Positions 26,110 to 42,872 are shown, numbered from the stretch's first letter. The stretch is 64,000 nt of DNA from the human T2T-CHM13v2.0 reference genome, Homo sapiens (GCF_009914755.1 NC_060945.1); one strand, 5' to 3'. A program made the numbers and translations. The notes: a model not told the origin generated them from the letters alone.

Positions 26110-26859
26110 ATATTTATTTCTTTTTCAACTGATCAAAGAACAGTCAGACCCAGTCATCAGGGTGGCAATTCCCTAGGCAATAAGGGAGGGAGAAACTTGG
26201 AGGTGGGGGCAGGGGCAGTGGAGAAGACGCAGTTGCCCCGGGCTGCGTGCAGGCACCACAAGCTTTCTTCCTCCTTGAGGCCTTGCTTTTCAGAGTAACA
26301 GTGGCCTCTAGGTGATGCCCAACGTCTGCCAATTAGAGTGTCAGCCTGGAATGAATTGGGATCACCCGGAGGGGAGAGGGGAGGGGAAGAATGGAGGCAC
26401 CCACAGTACAGTGGGTCACCGCGCCCTCCCAGGCAGTCCCCACAACTAATCAACCGGGGCCCCTGGAGGGACACAGCCTAAGTCCCCACCCATCGGATCA
26501 TCTAGAAATTCCGTCCAGAGACCGATTGGAAATTCAGTCAAGCTCCAAACCTAAAAGAATCACTGGCACACCCACCAGGACTAAGACAACTTTTAAAAGA
26601 ATCGTTTCTGTGTTTTGGGTGCATCCGTGTATTTCTGTACAACAAAGTTATTTATTTTAAATGTTACAAGTTTTTTACTCCTTTTCTTTTTAACTTCTTA
26701 CGTGTACAGTAAGAAGGGGACTCGTCAGCTCAGAGTCCATGAAGCCAGAAGCTGACATCCTCAGTTCCTATTTAGAATGAATTTAAACAAGCCATCCAAA
26801 CACTCTGCCATGAAACTCCTGGAAAGACAAGTGATTAAAAAAAAGAAAAAAAAAACAAT

Positions 26860-27400
26860 GCTGTCAGGAGCAGTGGCTCACGTCTTTCATCCCTGCACTT
26901 CGGGAGCCTGAGGACGGGTGGATTCCTTGATCCCAGGCAATCGAGACCAGCCTTGGCAACATGGTGAAACCTTGTCTCTACAAAAATACAAAATTCAGCT
27001 GGTTTCATAATCTGGACTCAAAATTAATAAATAAATAGATGGAAATTTAAAATTTAAAAAAAATCTTAAATGCTGTATTCTGTTATTTTTGCTTCCTACC
27101 CTGAGAAGGAAGTAATATAGCTGTTGTCTGTCTGTCCATCTGTTTGTGATAGGGTCTCACTCTGTCTGTCGCCCAGGCTGGAGTGCAGTGACACCATCAC
27201 GGCTCACGGCAGCCTCAACCACCCCAGGGTTAGGTGATTCTCCCACTTCAGCCTCCTGAGTAGCTGAGACCACAGGCATGCACCTCGGGTTTTGGCGTGT
27301 TGTCCAAAGCTGGTCTCCAGCTCCCGGGCTCAAAAGATCCTACCGCCTCGGCCTCCCAAAGTGTTGGGGTTACAGGCCTGAGCCACCGAACCCGGCCTGA
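26860..27400. mobile_element. Alu left monomer (+, ~26860-27000) and AluJ-like element (-, ~27140-27400)
   Basis: Diverged Alu motifs. Confidence 0.82.
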
Positions 27401-27488
27401 CTTAATACATCTGTTCTCACTGTGTCCTGACCACATGCCCTTAAAGAACTCGAGTCGAGAGAGTCAGCAAGAGACTTTCAGCATTGTC

Positions 27489-27594
27489 TCCCGAAAGCAG
27501 TGAGGTGGATGGCGGTGGAGTGTCCCAAAAGCAGTGAGGTGGATGGCGGTGGAGTGTCCCGAAAGCAGAGAGGTGGATGGCGGTGGATTGTCCC
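27489..27594 (+). repeat. 34-bp tandem repeat, 3 copies
   Basis: TCCCGAAAGCAGTGAGGTGGATGGCGGTGGAGTG starting at 27489, 27523, 27557. Confidence 0.95.
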
Positions 27595-27954
27595 GCGCTC
27601 CTGTGGTTTTAGGTGGCCACGCATGGAGGATAGATTTCAAATATTTCCGGAGAGGCTCGAGCCACAGTCATTCAGAGCATCCGAGCTCGGGATGGGGTTT
27701 CTCACAGCGCCTTAAGGGCAAGGAAGGGCCAGGAAGGGCAGGATCTGCCAAGGCCCGTCTTCCAGGGTGGGGACAAGGGAACCCAAGGTAGAGGGAGCCA
27801 TCGATCTGCACTCAGCTCCAGCCCTAGGCCCCACCGTGCAGACTAAGTCAGAAGGAAAAGTCCCTCGTCCTACATGCCACATCCCTCCACTGAACTTGGG
27901 AGCAGATCTGTTTTTCAAACATGAGGTGACCAGAGTTATCTGTTCTACTTTAGA

Positions 27955-28135
27955 AATCCCAAGTTGACCGTCAAGTCCAACGCTCGCTGCAGACATCTAG
28001 TGGACCCGGCGCTCGCGGACGGAAGCGGACAGACCTAGTTGGATCCTTATCCCACCAATCTGGCCCACCTTTGCTGCCATCTAACTCCGCTGACCGGCCC
28101 ACCGTTCCTCCACTGTCCGCTGGTTGACCCGGGCA
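27955..28135 (-). terminator. Decayed Pol I terminator (Sal-box/TTF-1) cluster
   Basis: GGGTCAACCAG at 28120-28130 (consensus GGGTCGACCAG), preceded by a pyrimidine tract as for T1. Weaker copies near 27997 (GGGTCCACTAG), 28035 and 27960. Confidence 0.7.
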
Positions 28136-28649
28136 GCGGAGAGAGGAGGTAAGGCACAAGGGCAGTGACTGGCTCATGTCCCATTCCCGCGCACCTGGGG
28201 TGGGGAGAGGGGCCCAACGGCCACCACCGGGCATGCGTGAACACTACCGGGACAGGAACCGCAGGGGCACACCCTCCAACACCCAAGCGTCAGCCATTCT
28301 CAACAGGCTCGATCCCAGCCCCTGGAGGAGTTCCCAGCGGGTTGCGGGGAGGAGGTGGAATCGGTGAGGTGGAACGACGAGCAGGGGCGCCAACCCTACA
28401 TCGGCAACCCCCCGCGCGGCACCTTGGAAAGACCGCGAGTGGGGACGGGCGCCTCCCGAATGCACAGCGGGCGCCGATGGGCTTTCGCAAGAGACACCCG
28501 CTGCGTGCTCCGGGGCTCCGGGGCGGGTGGGCATAAGCGGGCCGGGGAAGGAGGTCCCCGAGGGCAACAGGAGGGAGGAAGGAAGGTAGACCTCATGGGC
28601 TGAATTACACAGGACACGCCATATCACCAGGTCCCCCGCACACGGGTGG
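28136..28649 (-). pseudogene. Fossil 45S 3'ETS
   Basis: GC-rich segment between the 28S 3' end and the first Sal box. Confidence 0.7.
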
Positions 28650-29176
28650 AGAGAACCTTGTGTGGAGGTCTGACTTTCAGCAGATAGCAGCGAGGGAGCT
28701 GCTCTGCTCCATAGAATATCCTGACCCAGAAGCAGGGCGTCTACCAATAGTTTAGCATCAGGTTCCCCGCAAACACGTTACCTGATGGGTCAGGGAGTGA
28801 CCACCTTTCTGGCAGCAGCCCGTTTCCCAGGACGAGGGGCTGTCTGCACCGGACGCCGGTTCCCGGTGCACAGCGGGACATGCCCCGCGCGGGGCGGAGT
28901 GGCCCGCCAGCTGGGACCGCAGAGGACCGCCTTTCCGAGGCCAAAAAACGCTCCGCGGCGCTGCCAAATCGTTCCTCCTCGGCGGGATTCTGACTTAGAG
29001 TCGTTCAGTCATAATCCCACATATGGTAGCTTTACCCCATTGGCTCCTCAGCCAAGGACATACACCAAATGTCTGAACCTGGGGTTCCTCTCCTACTGAG
29101 CAGGATTACCATGGCAGCAACGCATGGGCAGCAACACATGGGGAACAAAACTAACACGTCTCACATGAGTCTAACC
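28650..29176 (-). pseudogene. 28S rRNA pseudogene fragment (3'-terminal ~520 nt)
   Basis: Plus strand CTGACTTTCA..AGCGAGGGAGCTGCTCTGCT..GGCGGGATTCTGACTTAGAG..CATACACCAAATGTCTGAACCTG..GAGCAGGATTACCATGGC is the reverse complement of the 28S 3' end. The sarcin-ricin loop is mutated. Confidence 0.96.
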
Positions 29177-29258
29177 ATAATGCTTTCCAAGGCATGCACA
29201 CCGCTCGCGGGTGAATCCATTCCAGTTTGCCTTGCCCTTTGCAAAGAAAAGAGAACTC

Positions 29259-30574
<1,316 letters not shown>

Positions 30575-31082
30575 TAGTGTTTCTCTAACTTCTCCCTTTT
30601 GTGGCTATTAATTTATACTTACATGTTTTTCAACTCCTTATTTTTGTTTTCTCTTTGTGAAAGCTTTTAACCTGTGCTATTCTTGAGGGAAATACTGATG
30701 CATATCTAAACTTTAAGGGTGTTTTCCACCCTGGCTGCAGACACTCGGTGAGTAATTTTTCAGGTGATGGGAAAACCCATCATCATGAGAATGTAGCAAC
30801 TTTCATTTTGCAGTAACTGTTAAAATTGTAGCCATGGTGCTCAGTAAAAGAGGACCTTCCCCCTGTAGGTGTTTGGGGAGGAGTGAAGTCCTGTCCTCCA
30901 TTTTGTTAGTAACCTGCTTGTGGATGGGGTATTGTCACCCAGAAAGGAAAGAGATACGATGGTATGCAGTTACAGGGAGCCGGGGAAAGAGCAAGACAAA
31001 AAAATTCCCTCATGTCTTCAATGCAGAGCCGGCATTTAGACCTCTACTCCAGGCAGGGCCCACAAATCTCTGGCAGCCGTGA

Positions 31083-31425
<343 letters not shown>

Positions 31426-31774
31426 TGTTGACAATTTGAGGGGCATGTAAAATGTCTGCAGGCTTTTCAGCCAGAAAAACACAGAAGACTGTGTTATGTG
31501 GCTTCTCCATTCTCCCTCTTACTCTGCTCTCCTAAATATTAAAGGGTTCTCCTTTTCCCAAGCCCAGTGGAAAAGCCTCAGGAAGCATGGCGGTATCAGA
31601 AACATCCAAAGGGATCCCATCAAGTAATTCCAAATCACTCTCATTCACCCCATTGGAAGTTTCTGCCATCCTGTCTGCCCTGGAGGCTTCCTAATGCAGG
31701 CAGATAATATCCTTGGTGTGCTATTAGGCTGGAAGACTCCCTCATCTCTGCTCTTCTGTTTGAGAAAAAAAAAT

Positions 31775-32059
31775 GCCCGGGCACAGTGGCTCACGCCTGT
31801 AATCCCAACACTTTGGGAGGCTGAGGCAGGCGGATCACTTGAGGTCAGGAGTTTGAGACCAGCCCGGCCAACATGGTGAAACCCCATCTCTACTAAAAAT
31901 ACGAAGGTTAGCCAGGCGTGGTGGCGGACGCCTGTAATCCCAGCGACTCAAGAGGCTGAGGCAGAAGAATCACTCGAACCCAGGAGGCGGAGGTTGCCGT
32001 GAGCCGAGTGCACCACTGCACTCCAGCCTAGGCAACAGAGCAAGACTCTGCCTAAAAAT
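31775..32059 (+). mobile_element. AluS-like element followed by an AT-rich low-complexity tract (to ~32250)
   Basis: Alu consensus, then TA-rich run. Confidence 0.93.
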
Positions 32060-32249
32060 ATATAAATATAAATATAATATATAAATATATTATAAATGAT
32101 ATATAAATCAATAATATATCATTAATAATATATCATATATAATAATTAATATAATTAATAATATAATTAAAATATAATATATAATTATAAATATAATATA
32201 TAATTATAATTATATTTTTATGTATTTTTAATAATTCATATAATTTAGA

Positions 32250-32835
32250 ATTGTTACATCCTTTTGCTGAATTGATCCCTTTATCAATATATAATAACCT
32301 TCATCTTTTTTTAATCACTTTTGAGTTAAAGTCTGTTTTATCTGATATGAGTACAGCTACCCTGCTTGCTTTTGGTTTCTGTTTGCATGGAATATCTTTT
32401 TCCACCCTTTCAGTCTATGTGTGTCTTTACAGATGAAGTGAGTTTCTTGTAGGCAACCTATAGTAGGGCCATGTTTTTTAATCCATTCAGCCAGTCTATA
32501 TATTTTAAGGGGGGAAATTTAATCAGTTTACATTCAAGATTGTTACTGATAGGTGAGGGCTTCTGTCATTTTGTTAATTATTTTCTGTTTTTTAAATATA
32601 TCCTTTGTTCCTTTCTTCCCCTCTTATTGTTCATCCTTGTAATTTGGTGGTTTTCTGTAGTGGTAAAATTTCTTTTCTCTTTCTCCTTTGTGTATGTGCT
32701 GTACCAGTGAGTTTTATACTTTTTTCGTGTTTTCTTGATAGTAACTATCATTTCACTTCCAGATGTGGGACTCTGTTGAGCATTTCTTGTAAGGCTGGTC
32801 TAATGGTGATGAATTCTGTCAGTTTTTGCTTGTCT
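32250..32835 (-). mobile_element. Old L1M fragment
   Basis: T-rich L1 antisense motifs (TTAAAGTCTGTTTTATCTGATA, GTGAGTTTCTTGTAGGCA, AGCATTTCTTGTAAGGCTGGTCT). Confidence 0.85.
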
Positions 32836-34768
32836 CAGACATGTCAGGCATTTAGCTTCAGGACCTGATTCTAGTTCCTGCTCTGTGGTGACAAATAGAA
32901 ACAGATCCCTGGTACCCTGCTTAGGTACTAAGCCAGCTAGATGAGAGCAGATGAAAAAATCAAATCTTTCTATTTTGCCAGGGATTAATTCATTCCCAGG
33001 ATTGTAAATATTACATTTCACTTTTCATCTCACAGAACTGTGAGGTTAGAAAGTGAGCTGGGCAGCCTGCCCAGAAAGACATTATGATGTATACAACACA
33101 GTGAACTACTAAGGAGGTGTCTTTAAAGGCATTTACAGCACATAGCTTTTAGTTTTCCTTTTAATTTTGCTGCTCTTTATTTGTAGTAGTAGATAAGGAA
33201 TTAAGAAAGCAAAAATAAGTGCTTTGACTAGGTCTTTTGCCTTTGAAAATAGCATTAGTAAAATCCCCTCTTCTTTTTTATTCTTGTAAACTTCACCTAA
33301 TTCACTCTGCCCCCCAGCCCATCTGTGTTCACTTGCTGTTCTTGCTGCTGTCAGTTTTTAAAAGCTTACTCTAAAATTACATGAAAGCAACCCCATTTTG
33401 ACAAAATTAGAATTCTGGTAGCAATGGCTTACCATGAGGCTGTTGAGAGAAGCCCAGGAAGACTTTTGTTCTTTTTATTTCAACCCCTCTCGGTTAAACC
33501 TACAATTTGGTAGGTGATATAATTACCTCCCTTGGACAGGTCTGTATCTCTGCCTTGGAGAAATAACAAAGTCCAAAGTACTCTCCTCATTCAAAGATGT
33601 TGCAAATGAAAGCTGTTTTGATCTTCATGTATTAGCATTTGAGTTTTAATCTTTCTGGGGCTCCTGGCAGAAAATTTCTTTAAATTTATTATATAATTCT
33701 AAAATATTGGACATATTTGTTTCAAGCATCTGTCAATATCCTTATTCTTTTCATTAAACTCTCCACTGCCCCCATTAATCATCAGGTCCTACTGATTTTT
33801 AACTCCTAAGTATTTCTCAAATCTGTCTCCTCAGTGTGTATTGTTGGTTATATAACTCCATCTCCATTGTCACTGTGCTGCTTTAGAGTATCTTTTCTTG
33901 TCTAGATCAGTGCCTGGCTTATATTATGAGCTTCGAAAAGTTGGATCAATGAATGAATGATTCATAATCTGGACAAGTGCACTCTAACACTTGACTGAAA
34001 AACAAAATCTTAGATCTATCTTCCATGTAAAAGCATCTATCTAAAATGCAAATCTTACTTTGATAATATCCAGCTTAATAGCTTAGATGGCTCCCAGGCA
34101 TCCCCAAAACCATCTCTCAATTCACTGATCAAAAAAATAAAACTTAAAAATTTTAAAACTAAAAAAAATTGAACATTTCATTGGTCAAAAAACAAACAAA
34201 AAAAAGATCTCTGAGCATGCCTCAGTCACACCCTGCCCTGCTCTGCACCCCTCTCCAAACCCCAGCCTACAGGGACCACCCAATAACCTCTTCTTTGCTA
34301 CATAACCCTTACCCTCCTTCCTCAAGACTCATACATTCTCCTTAGAAACTTGCCCCCCACTTCCTGGAAACAGTAGATTCTTTTTTGCTTATGGTTTTTG
34401 TAATGACATCAGCCATTTAGAACTCATGATGTGCCCAGGCCCCACTATCTGCCTTTCCACAGATCTTGCTCAGACAATCCATCAGGATTTAGTCACAGAT
34501 CCAAAGTAAGGAGCCAGAGGGGAGCTTCAGGCTTGGTCTCTTTGGGTTGAAGCTAGAAAACTAATCTATGCTGAACACAAAAAAGAAGCTGAGTAATAGC
34601 CAACCTACACATCCTAGGAATAACTATTGTTTTTTTTTGCCCCCAGCCAGTCTCTCCGCAGTCCTCTCTCCTTCTTTACATTTCTTTTAAACACAGTATG
34701 TTAACACAACACTGTGTAAGAACTGGGATTCAGAAAACCAAGATATAGGTCTCCACCAGCTATGCTAT

Positions 34769-36234
34769 TGTGTCCAGAATTGATGGGTTCTTGGTCTCAC
34801 TGACTTCAAGAATGAAGCCGTGGACACTCTCAGTGAGTGTTACAGTTCTTAAGGTGGGGCATCTGGAGTTGTTTGTTCCTCCCATCTGGAGTTGTTCATT
34901 CCTCCTGGTGGGTTCATGGTCTCGCTGGCCTCAGGAGAGAAGCTGCAGACCTTCGCGGTGAGTGTTACAGCTCATAGAGACGGTGTGGACCCAAAGAGTG
35001 AGCAGCAGCAAGATTTATTGCAAAGACCAAAAGAACAAAACTTCCACGGTGTGGAAGGGGACCCCAGCGGGTTGCCACTGCTGGCTCGGGCAGCCTGCTT
35101 TTATTCTCTTATCCGGCCCCACCCACATGCTGCTGATTGGTCCATTTTACAAAGAGCCAATTGGTCTGTTTTACAGAGAGCTGATTGGTCCATTTTGACA
35201 CGGTGCTGACTGGTGCATTTACAATCCCTGAGCTAGACACAAAATTCTCCACTTCCCCACTAGATTAGCTAGATACAGAATGTTGATTGGTGTATTTACA
35301 AACCCTGAGCTAGACACAGAGTGCTGATTGGTGCATTTACAAACCTTGAGCTGGATACAGAGTGCCAATTGGTGCATTCACAATCCCTTAGCTAGACATA
35401 AAGATTCCCCAAGTCCCCACCAGATTAACTAGATACAGAGTGCCAACTGGTGAATTCACACTGAGCTAGACACAGGGTGCTGATTGGAGTATTTACAAAC
35501 CTTGAGCTAGATACAGAGTGCTGATTGGTGTATTTACAATCCCTTAGCTAGACATAAAGGTTCCCCAAGTCCCCACTAGACTCAGGAGCCCAGCTGGCTT
35601 CACCCAGTGGATCTCGCACAGGGGCCACAGGTGGAGCTGCCTGCCAGTCCCTTGCCGTGCACCCGCCCGCACTCCTCAGCCCTTGGGCTGTTGATGGGAC
35701 CAGGTGCCATGGAGCAGGGGGTGGCACTCGTTGGGGAGGCTCAGGCCACACAGGAGCCCATGGCGCGGTGGGGGAGACTCAGGCATGGCGGGCTGCAGGT
35801 CCCAAGCCCTGCCCCACAGGGAGGCAGCTAAGGTCCGGGGAGAAATCGAACACAGCACCAGTGGGCCGGCATTGCTGGGGGACCCGGTGCACCCTCCACA
35901 GCTGCTGGCCCTTGTTCTAAGCATATCACTGCCCGGGGCCAGCCAGGCCAGCGGCTGCTCTGAGTGTGGGGCCTGCCTAGCCCACACCCCCCTGGAACTC
36001 GCACTGGCCCATAAGTGCCTTGCACAGCCCTGGTTCCTGCCCGTGCCTCTCCCTCCACACCTCTCCGCAAGCTGAGGGAGCCAGTGCCATCCTCGGCCAG
36101 CCAAGAAAGGGGCTCCCACAGTGCAGCAGCAGGCTGAAGCGCTCCTCAAGCATGGCCAGAGTAGGCGCCGAGGCTGAGGAGGCACCGAGAGTGAGCCAGG
36201 GCTGCGAGGGCTGCCAGCACACTGTCACCTTTCA
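34769..36234 (-). mobile_element. Full-length solo LTR12C-like (ERV9) LTR
   Basis: TGTGTCC..CACCTTTCA termini, perfect 4-bp target duplication CTAT/CTAT, tandem GCTGATTGGTG(C/T)ATTTACAA (CCAAT) repeats at 35130-35580. Confidence 0.93.
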
Positions 36235-36469
36235 CTATGAGTTAGCCATGAAAACTCTCTGGGCCTCATTGACTAAATCTGTAAAATCTGACTTTATGAG
36301 GATTATATTCATTGAACTCTGAGGTCCTGTCCATTTCTTACACCCTGATTCAAAGACCGCATATAACCTCTAACCCAGATGTTCTTAACTAGGCTTCTTG
36401 TATGTCTGGGAAGATGATGAAAGAACTTCAAGGGGATCATGAGCTCTTTAAATTCTATGTAAAATCCAA

Positions 36470-37810
<1,341 letters not shown>

Positions 37811-39347
37811 AATAAAAAAGAACCCTGGGCTCCACATGAGAGATTCAAATTCATTTGCTTTAGCACGGGGTCATGGAATCTGTCCCAGCATCCTAAAAGC
37901 TGCCTCAGTGAGTTAACAAAAGGACTGGTATTGAAAGAACTGTCAACAAGCTGTGACAAAGAGAAGCCTCCTCTGTGAGGCAGGGAAGTGGGGCCAAACA
38001 ACAGGGGGTTGTTTTGTTTGTTTTTTGCTTTTTTTTTTTTTTTTGTGGAGGAGGAGAGGAGCTGATTTAGGACAGCTAAAATGGTTGTGAGAGAGCACAA
38101 GAATCTAGGGAAGTTTGAGACCGTGAAACTGTGGCAGCCTCAGCAGGTGCTTCTGTGGGCTTTCTCCAGCTCTCAGCAGGGTGGAGTCAGGAGCAGAGAA
38201 GGCAGTTGGTGGGATGACCCGAAGTTGGGGTTTCATCAGAGAGGAGGAGCAGGAGGACAGGGTGTAAGGCAGATCAAGGAGTGTTACTAAGGGGCTCAGG
38301 TCCTAGACAGTGGGCCTAGCAGGTAGGCAATGAGGGTCGTGAAGGATGGGGTAGATGCATGACAAGAGGCCCTGAAAACCAGGGGAATTTGGCAACACCA
38401 GAGCCCTGGCAGTCCCAGGAGGGGAGCAGGTCTAACAGGAACACCCTTGCACCTGTGCAGGAGAGCAGCAAGGCTAGGAGGCTGCAGACAGACAGTGGAT
38501 AACTGAAAGGTGAACTTTCTGCTGGACAGCAGATCCCTGGATGCCATCCCGATGGAGATCTAAGATGAAAAATACCCCGCCATGAAAATGCCTTACATGG
38601 TCCTAACCATGAAGCATAAAATTGCCTTTTCACCTGAAAATGACCTGCAGCTTCATTTACCATTTTATGTTTTGGATGTCATGTAACATCCAGAAGCAAT
38701 ACCCTCCTCCATTGCAAGTCAAAGTAAAATCAGAAAATGCTCAGTGGAAAGGAAAAAAACAAAACAAAACAAAAAAACAAAAACAAGCAAACAAACAAAA
38801 AAACCAGAAGGCAAAAAACCAGCAATAGAATAAAGCTGCAAACCCAAAGCACCAGGAGAGGAAAGGGAAAAAAACCTGCAGCATACACAAGCTTTGACAT
38901 TGTGTGATCTGTGAAAATGTATAGAAATGTTACCTTACCCAAAAATTCCCAAGGTGCTTTATTTGCCAACCACTGGAAGGAAGTAGAAATTCCCACTCAG
39001 GTTGTTACTTTTAATTTTCATCCTCTTTATGTTATTTCCTAAAATAACAACAGGTATTCTAGAGATGATTTACCAAGATGGCTTAATGAGGTGTCAGATG
39101 AGTACCCATTCCCACAAGCCCCTTTACCTCAGGCCTCCTTATACAAATTTGACTGACTCTTCTGAGCCCGACTAGATAAAAAAACAGACATAATTGGAGC
39201 AGCTGGGCTGGAAGCACAGCTGGGCCATCCCCATGGAGACAAGATTCTAGCACCACGTGCTCTTCCTTCCCCAGCGTTTCTCCTCACTCTTGCTTTTCAG
39301 AGCAGCAGCCCACCCAAACCTGGATCTTCCTCAGATGATCTCCACAT

Positions 39348-39510
39348 CAGTGCTTATCAGCATTCATGTGCACACAGATCACCTGTGCAACTTGTGAAAA
39401 TGCAGATTCAGACTTAATGGCTGGGGTGGTGCCTCTGGATCTATGTGTCTAACAAGCCCCATGGTGGTGCACGTGGTCATCAGATGGTCCTAGTTCCACA
39501 CTCGGACGAG
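39348..39510. mobile_element. MER5-like DNA transposon relic
   Basis: ATCACCTG..AAAATGCAGATTC..TCTAACAAGCCCC motif order. Confidence 0.55.
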
Positions 39511-39799
39511 ATATTTAGAGCCTGTAAAATAGCTACTCCCCTATCCAGTGTTTGAGTCCCAGACTTCTGGATTCTGCTAGCACTCAGATGCTTCTGGGAC
39601 AGGACGCTTCCTGTTCATCTTGGGTCAACACGTCAGAGAGACCTTCCTGTATTGAGCTGAGATCTGCCTACGTAGGGCTCACCTTCACCTGGCCTACTTC
39701 TGGGCCTTGGATTCTACGTAGCAGGCTTAAGGCCTTAGAAAGTGGCTGGCATGTCCCCCAGGTATTTTCTTCAGGCAAAACCTGCCAGGTCCTCTGGCT

Positions 39800-40295
<496 letters not shown>

Positions 40296-40611
40296 TAGTC
40301 ATTTCCTTCTGGATCCTGCTCTGTGTGTCTTTAGGCCTCTCCTCTTGTGATATCCATGCTGCAAAAATTAGCTTGGGACTGTCACCACCTCATTACAGAT
40401 AGACTTCATGTGACTCGTGTTGTACTTGCTGTCAGCCATCATCCTTAAAGTCATTTTTACACATGCTGTGGATCAGCCACATTTCTTCCTAGTCAGTAAT
40501 AATTATAATTATACTTAACACTTATGAGAATTAGTATAGCAAGATGGTTAAGAACATAGGCTCTGGAATGAGACTGCTTAGTGGGAAGCACTATGATTGG
40601 CACCATGTGTT

Positions 40612-41145
40612 ATCTATCACCATCACCATCATCATCATCCATCACCATCACTATCACCACCATCATCATCAACATCACCATCACTATCACCACCATCATC
40701 ACCATCACCATCACTATCACCACCATCATCATCACCATCACCATCATCACATCACCATCAACACTATCATCACCACCATCACCATCACCATCATCACATC
40801 ACCATCAACACTATCACCACCATCACCATCACTGTCACTACCATTATTACCATCACCATCATTACCATCGCTATCACCATCATACCACCATCACCATCAT
40901 CACCATCACTATCACCACCATCACCAATCATCACCATCACTATCACCACCATCACCAATCATCACCATCACTATCACCACCATCACCACCATCACCATAA
41001 TCATCAGCACCATCACCATCACCCATCACCATCACCACCATCACTATCACCACCATCATCTTCACCACCACCATCATCATACCATCACCATTATCATTGC
41101 CACCACCACCATCATCAGCATCACCATCACATCATCATCACCATG
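40612..41145 (+). repeat. Compound (CAC/CAT)n microsatellite, ~530 bp
   Basis: Interleaved CAC/CAT/TAT triplets, flanked by MIR-like fragments. Confidence 0.97.
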
Positions 41146-42872
41146 TTAAGTAAGCACTTTGCCTATGTTAACTGATTTAATTCTCGTAACAACTTCATAA
41201 TGTAGGGGCAATTATTATCCCAGTTTTACAAGTGAGAAAGTGGGACCTCATAAGATTATGTTTTGTGCCGAGGGTAACAGTGACAAGAATCTAAACCTGG
41301 GCAGGGTCCTTTGGTTGGTTTTGTTTGTTATGTTGTTGACCAACGTGCAAGACCATATCTGCTCCTGCTATTCATAAATTTCATCTTTTAGTCAGCACTT
41401 TATCCTTATTTTACACTATCTTTTGGATTCCTGGTTCTGTCATCCCAAGTGTATCTGCCTCCTAGCTTCATGCTGTCTGTCATATTGTGAGAAAAATATG
41501 TATCTTCACCTAGATCATGCACAAGGTCAGAGGCCATGCAGCAATTCCCTACAGATTCTGCTCACTGAAGCCCGATGGTGCACATCTCCTGAAGCTCCCT
41601 GAGCCTGTAGTCTTGTAACCCACTCAGAGAAGCCTAGGGAGTGGTCGGACATGATTTGTTTTTGAACATATTTGTATTTGGTTTCCTCCTCACTTTCAGG
41701 TTTCCATTCCAGAATCTTTTCCAAGATGGACAGCTCCCTCCAAATTTATAGTTGCTGAAATCAATTCTCTGGGCAGGGTCAGATGCAAGGAACAAATAGA
41801 AAACAGGGCCTGCAGAACACACATCCCAGAGGTGATAATGACCGGTTAATCCCTGCAGATAGTTAGATCTAGGAGACTGTCCCTGAGCTTCAGGGCTCCC
41901 TGCCTCTGAATCCAGCAGTGCAAATGCAAGCCTCTATGTTCCCCCTAAACCATAGGTGGCTGAGGAGCCATGGTGTTGCCAGCATTTCTATAAAGGAGGA
42001 GCGCAGGGCAGCAATCTCATCAGAAGGGAGGCTGGGGCTGGCCTTGAATTTAGATTGTATGTATATTTGGGGCAATTTGCAAGGAAGGGGTGCCCTGATA
42101 GAGATTTTGTGGGCTAAATCCCCCACATAAAGCTATTTTGTGCCACTGCTCCTGTGCCAACTCACCAGAAAAGCTGGACTGATTTCTCCCCTCTCTCCTT
42201 TCCTGGTTCTGTTCTCTGACCCTGGTTGATTAATGTAACCTAGCTATGTTCAATTACCCATCCTTTTCATGATGTCGGGATGTCTGCCACCTGTCCCTGG
42301 TGCTCTTCTTGGCTTCCTGTGAGCTGTGACAATGGGAGACTTGTGGCTTTTGGAGGAGAGCAGGAGGCCCTGGGTCTGCCATCAGTCTGGTCTCCCTAAT
42401 CACATGATTATCACTGGAGCCTTCCCGAGCTGGGAAGTTGCAAAACAAACATGCGGGGAACATTCTTCCACCCCAGTAAGTTCCCCTCATGAAATCATCA
42501 AGCAAACCCTGAATGCTTTCTCTTGGTGTGGTCAGGCAGAAGGGCTGTCTCTCTCATACTAGAGCAGTCAATGGCCATTGGCTGACTGAGACTAACAGCA
42601 GATCTAGAAGGATTTGGAGAATGCTGTCTTGGTTCTCTTAGAACAGCATGTGGCCCTAGTAGTGTGCCTGTTTTGGGGACAGTGGAGCCCCTGCAAGTCA
42701 TGAAAACTGATGGGGCAGGGAGGGGAGCTCCAGCCAGAAATGGGAAGTGTCTCAAACCTTAGTGAAGTGATCTTGAATCTCTGATTTACAGGGCTGATTT
42801 TGACACATTATTCTCAAGAAAACAGTGGTTTAGGTCATGGTCTCAAGCTCTATCTAGATTGAAATTCTGTCA

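Noticed and set aside
40544-41175. Poly-His / poly-Thr-Ile / Ser-Pro proteins
   Set aside because: Microsatellite translation.
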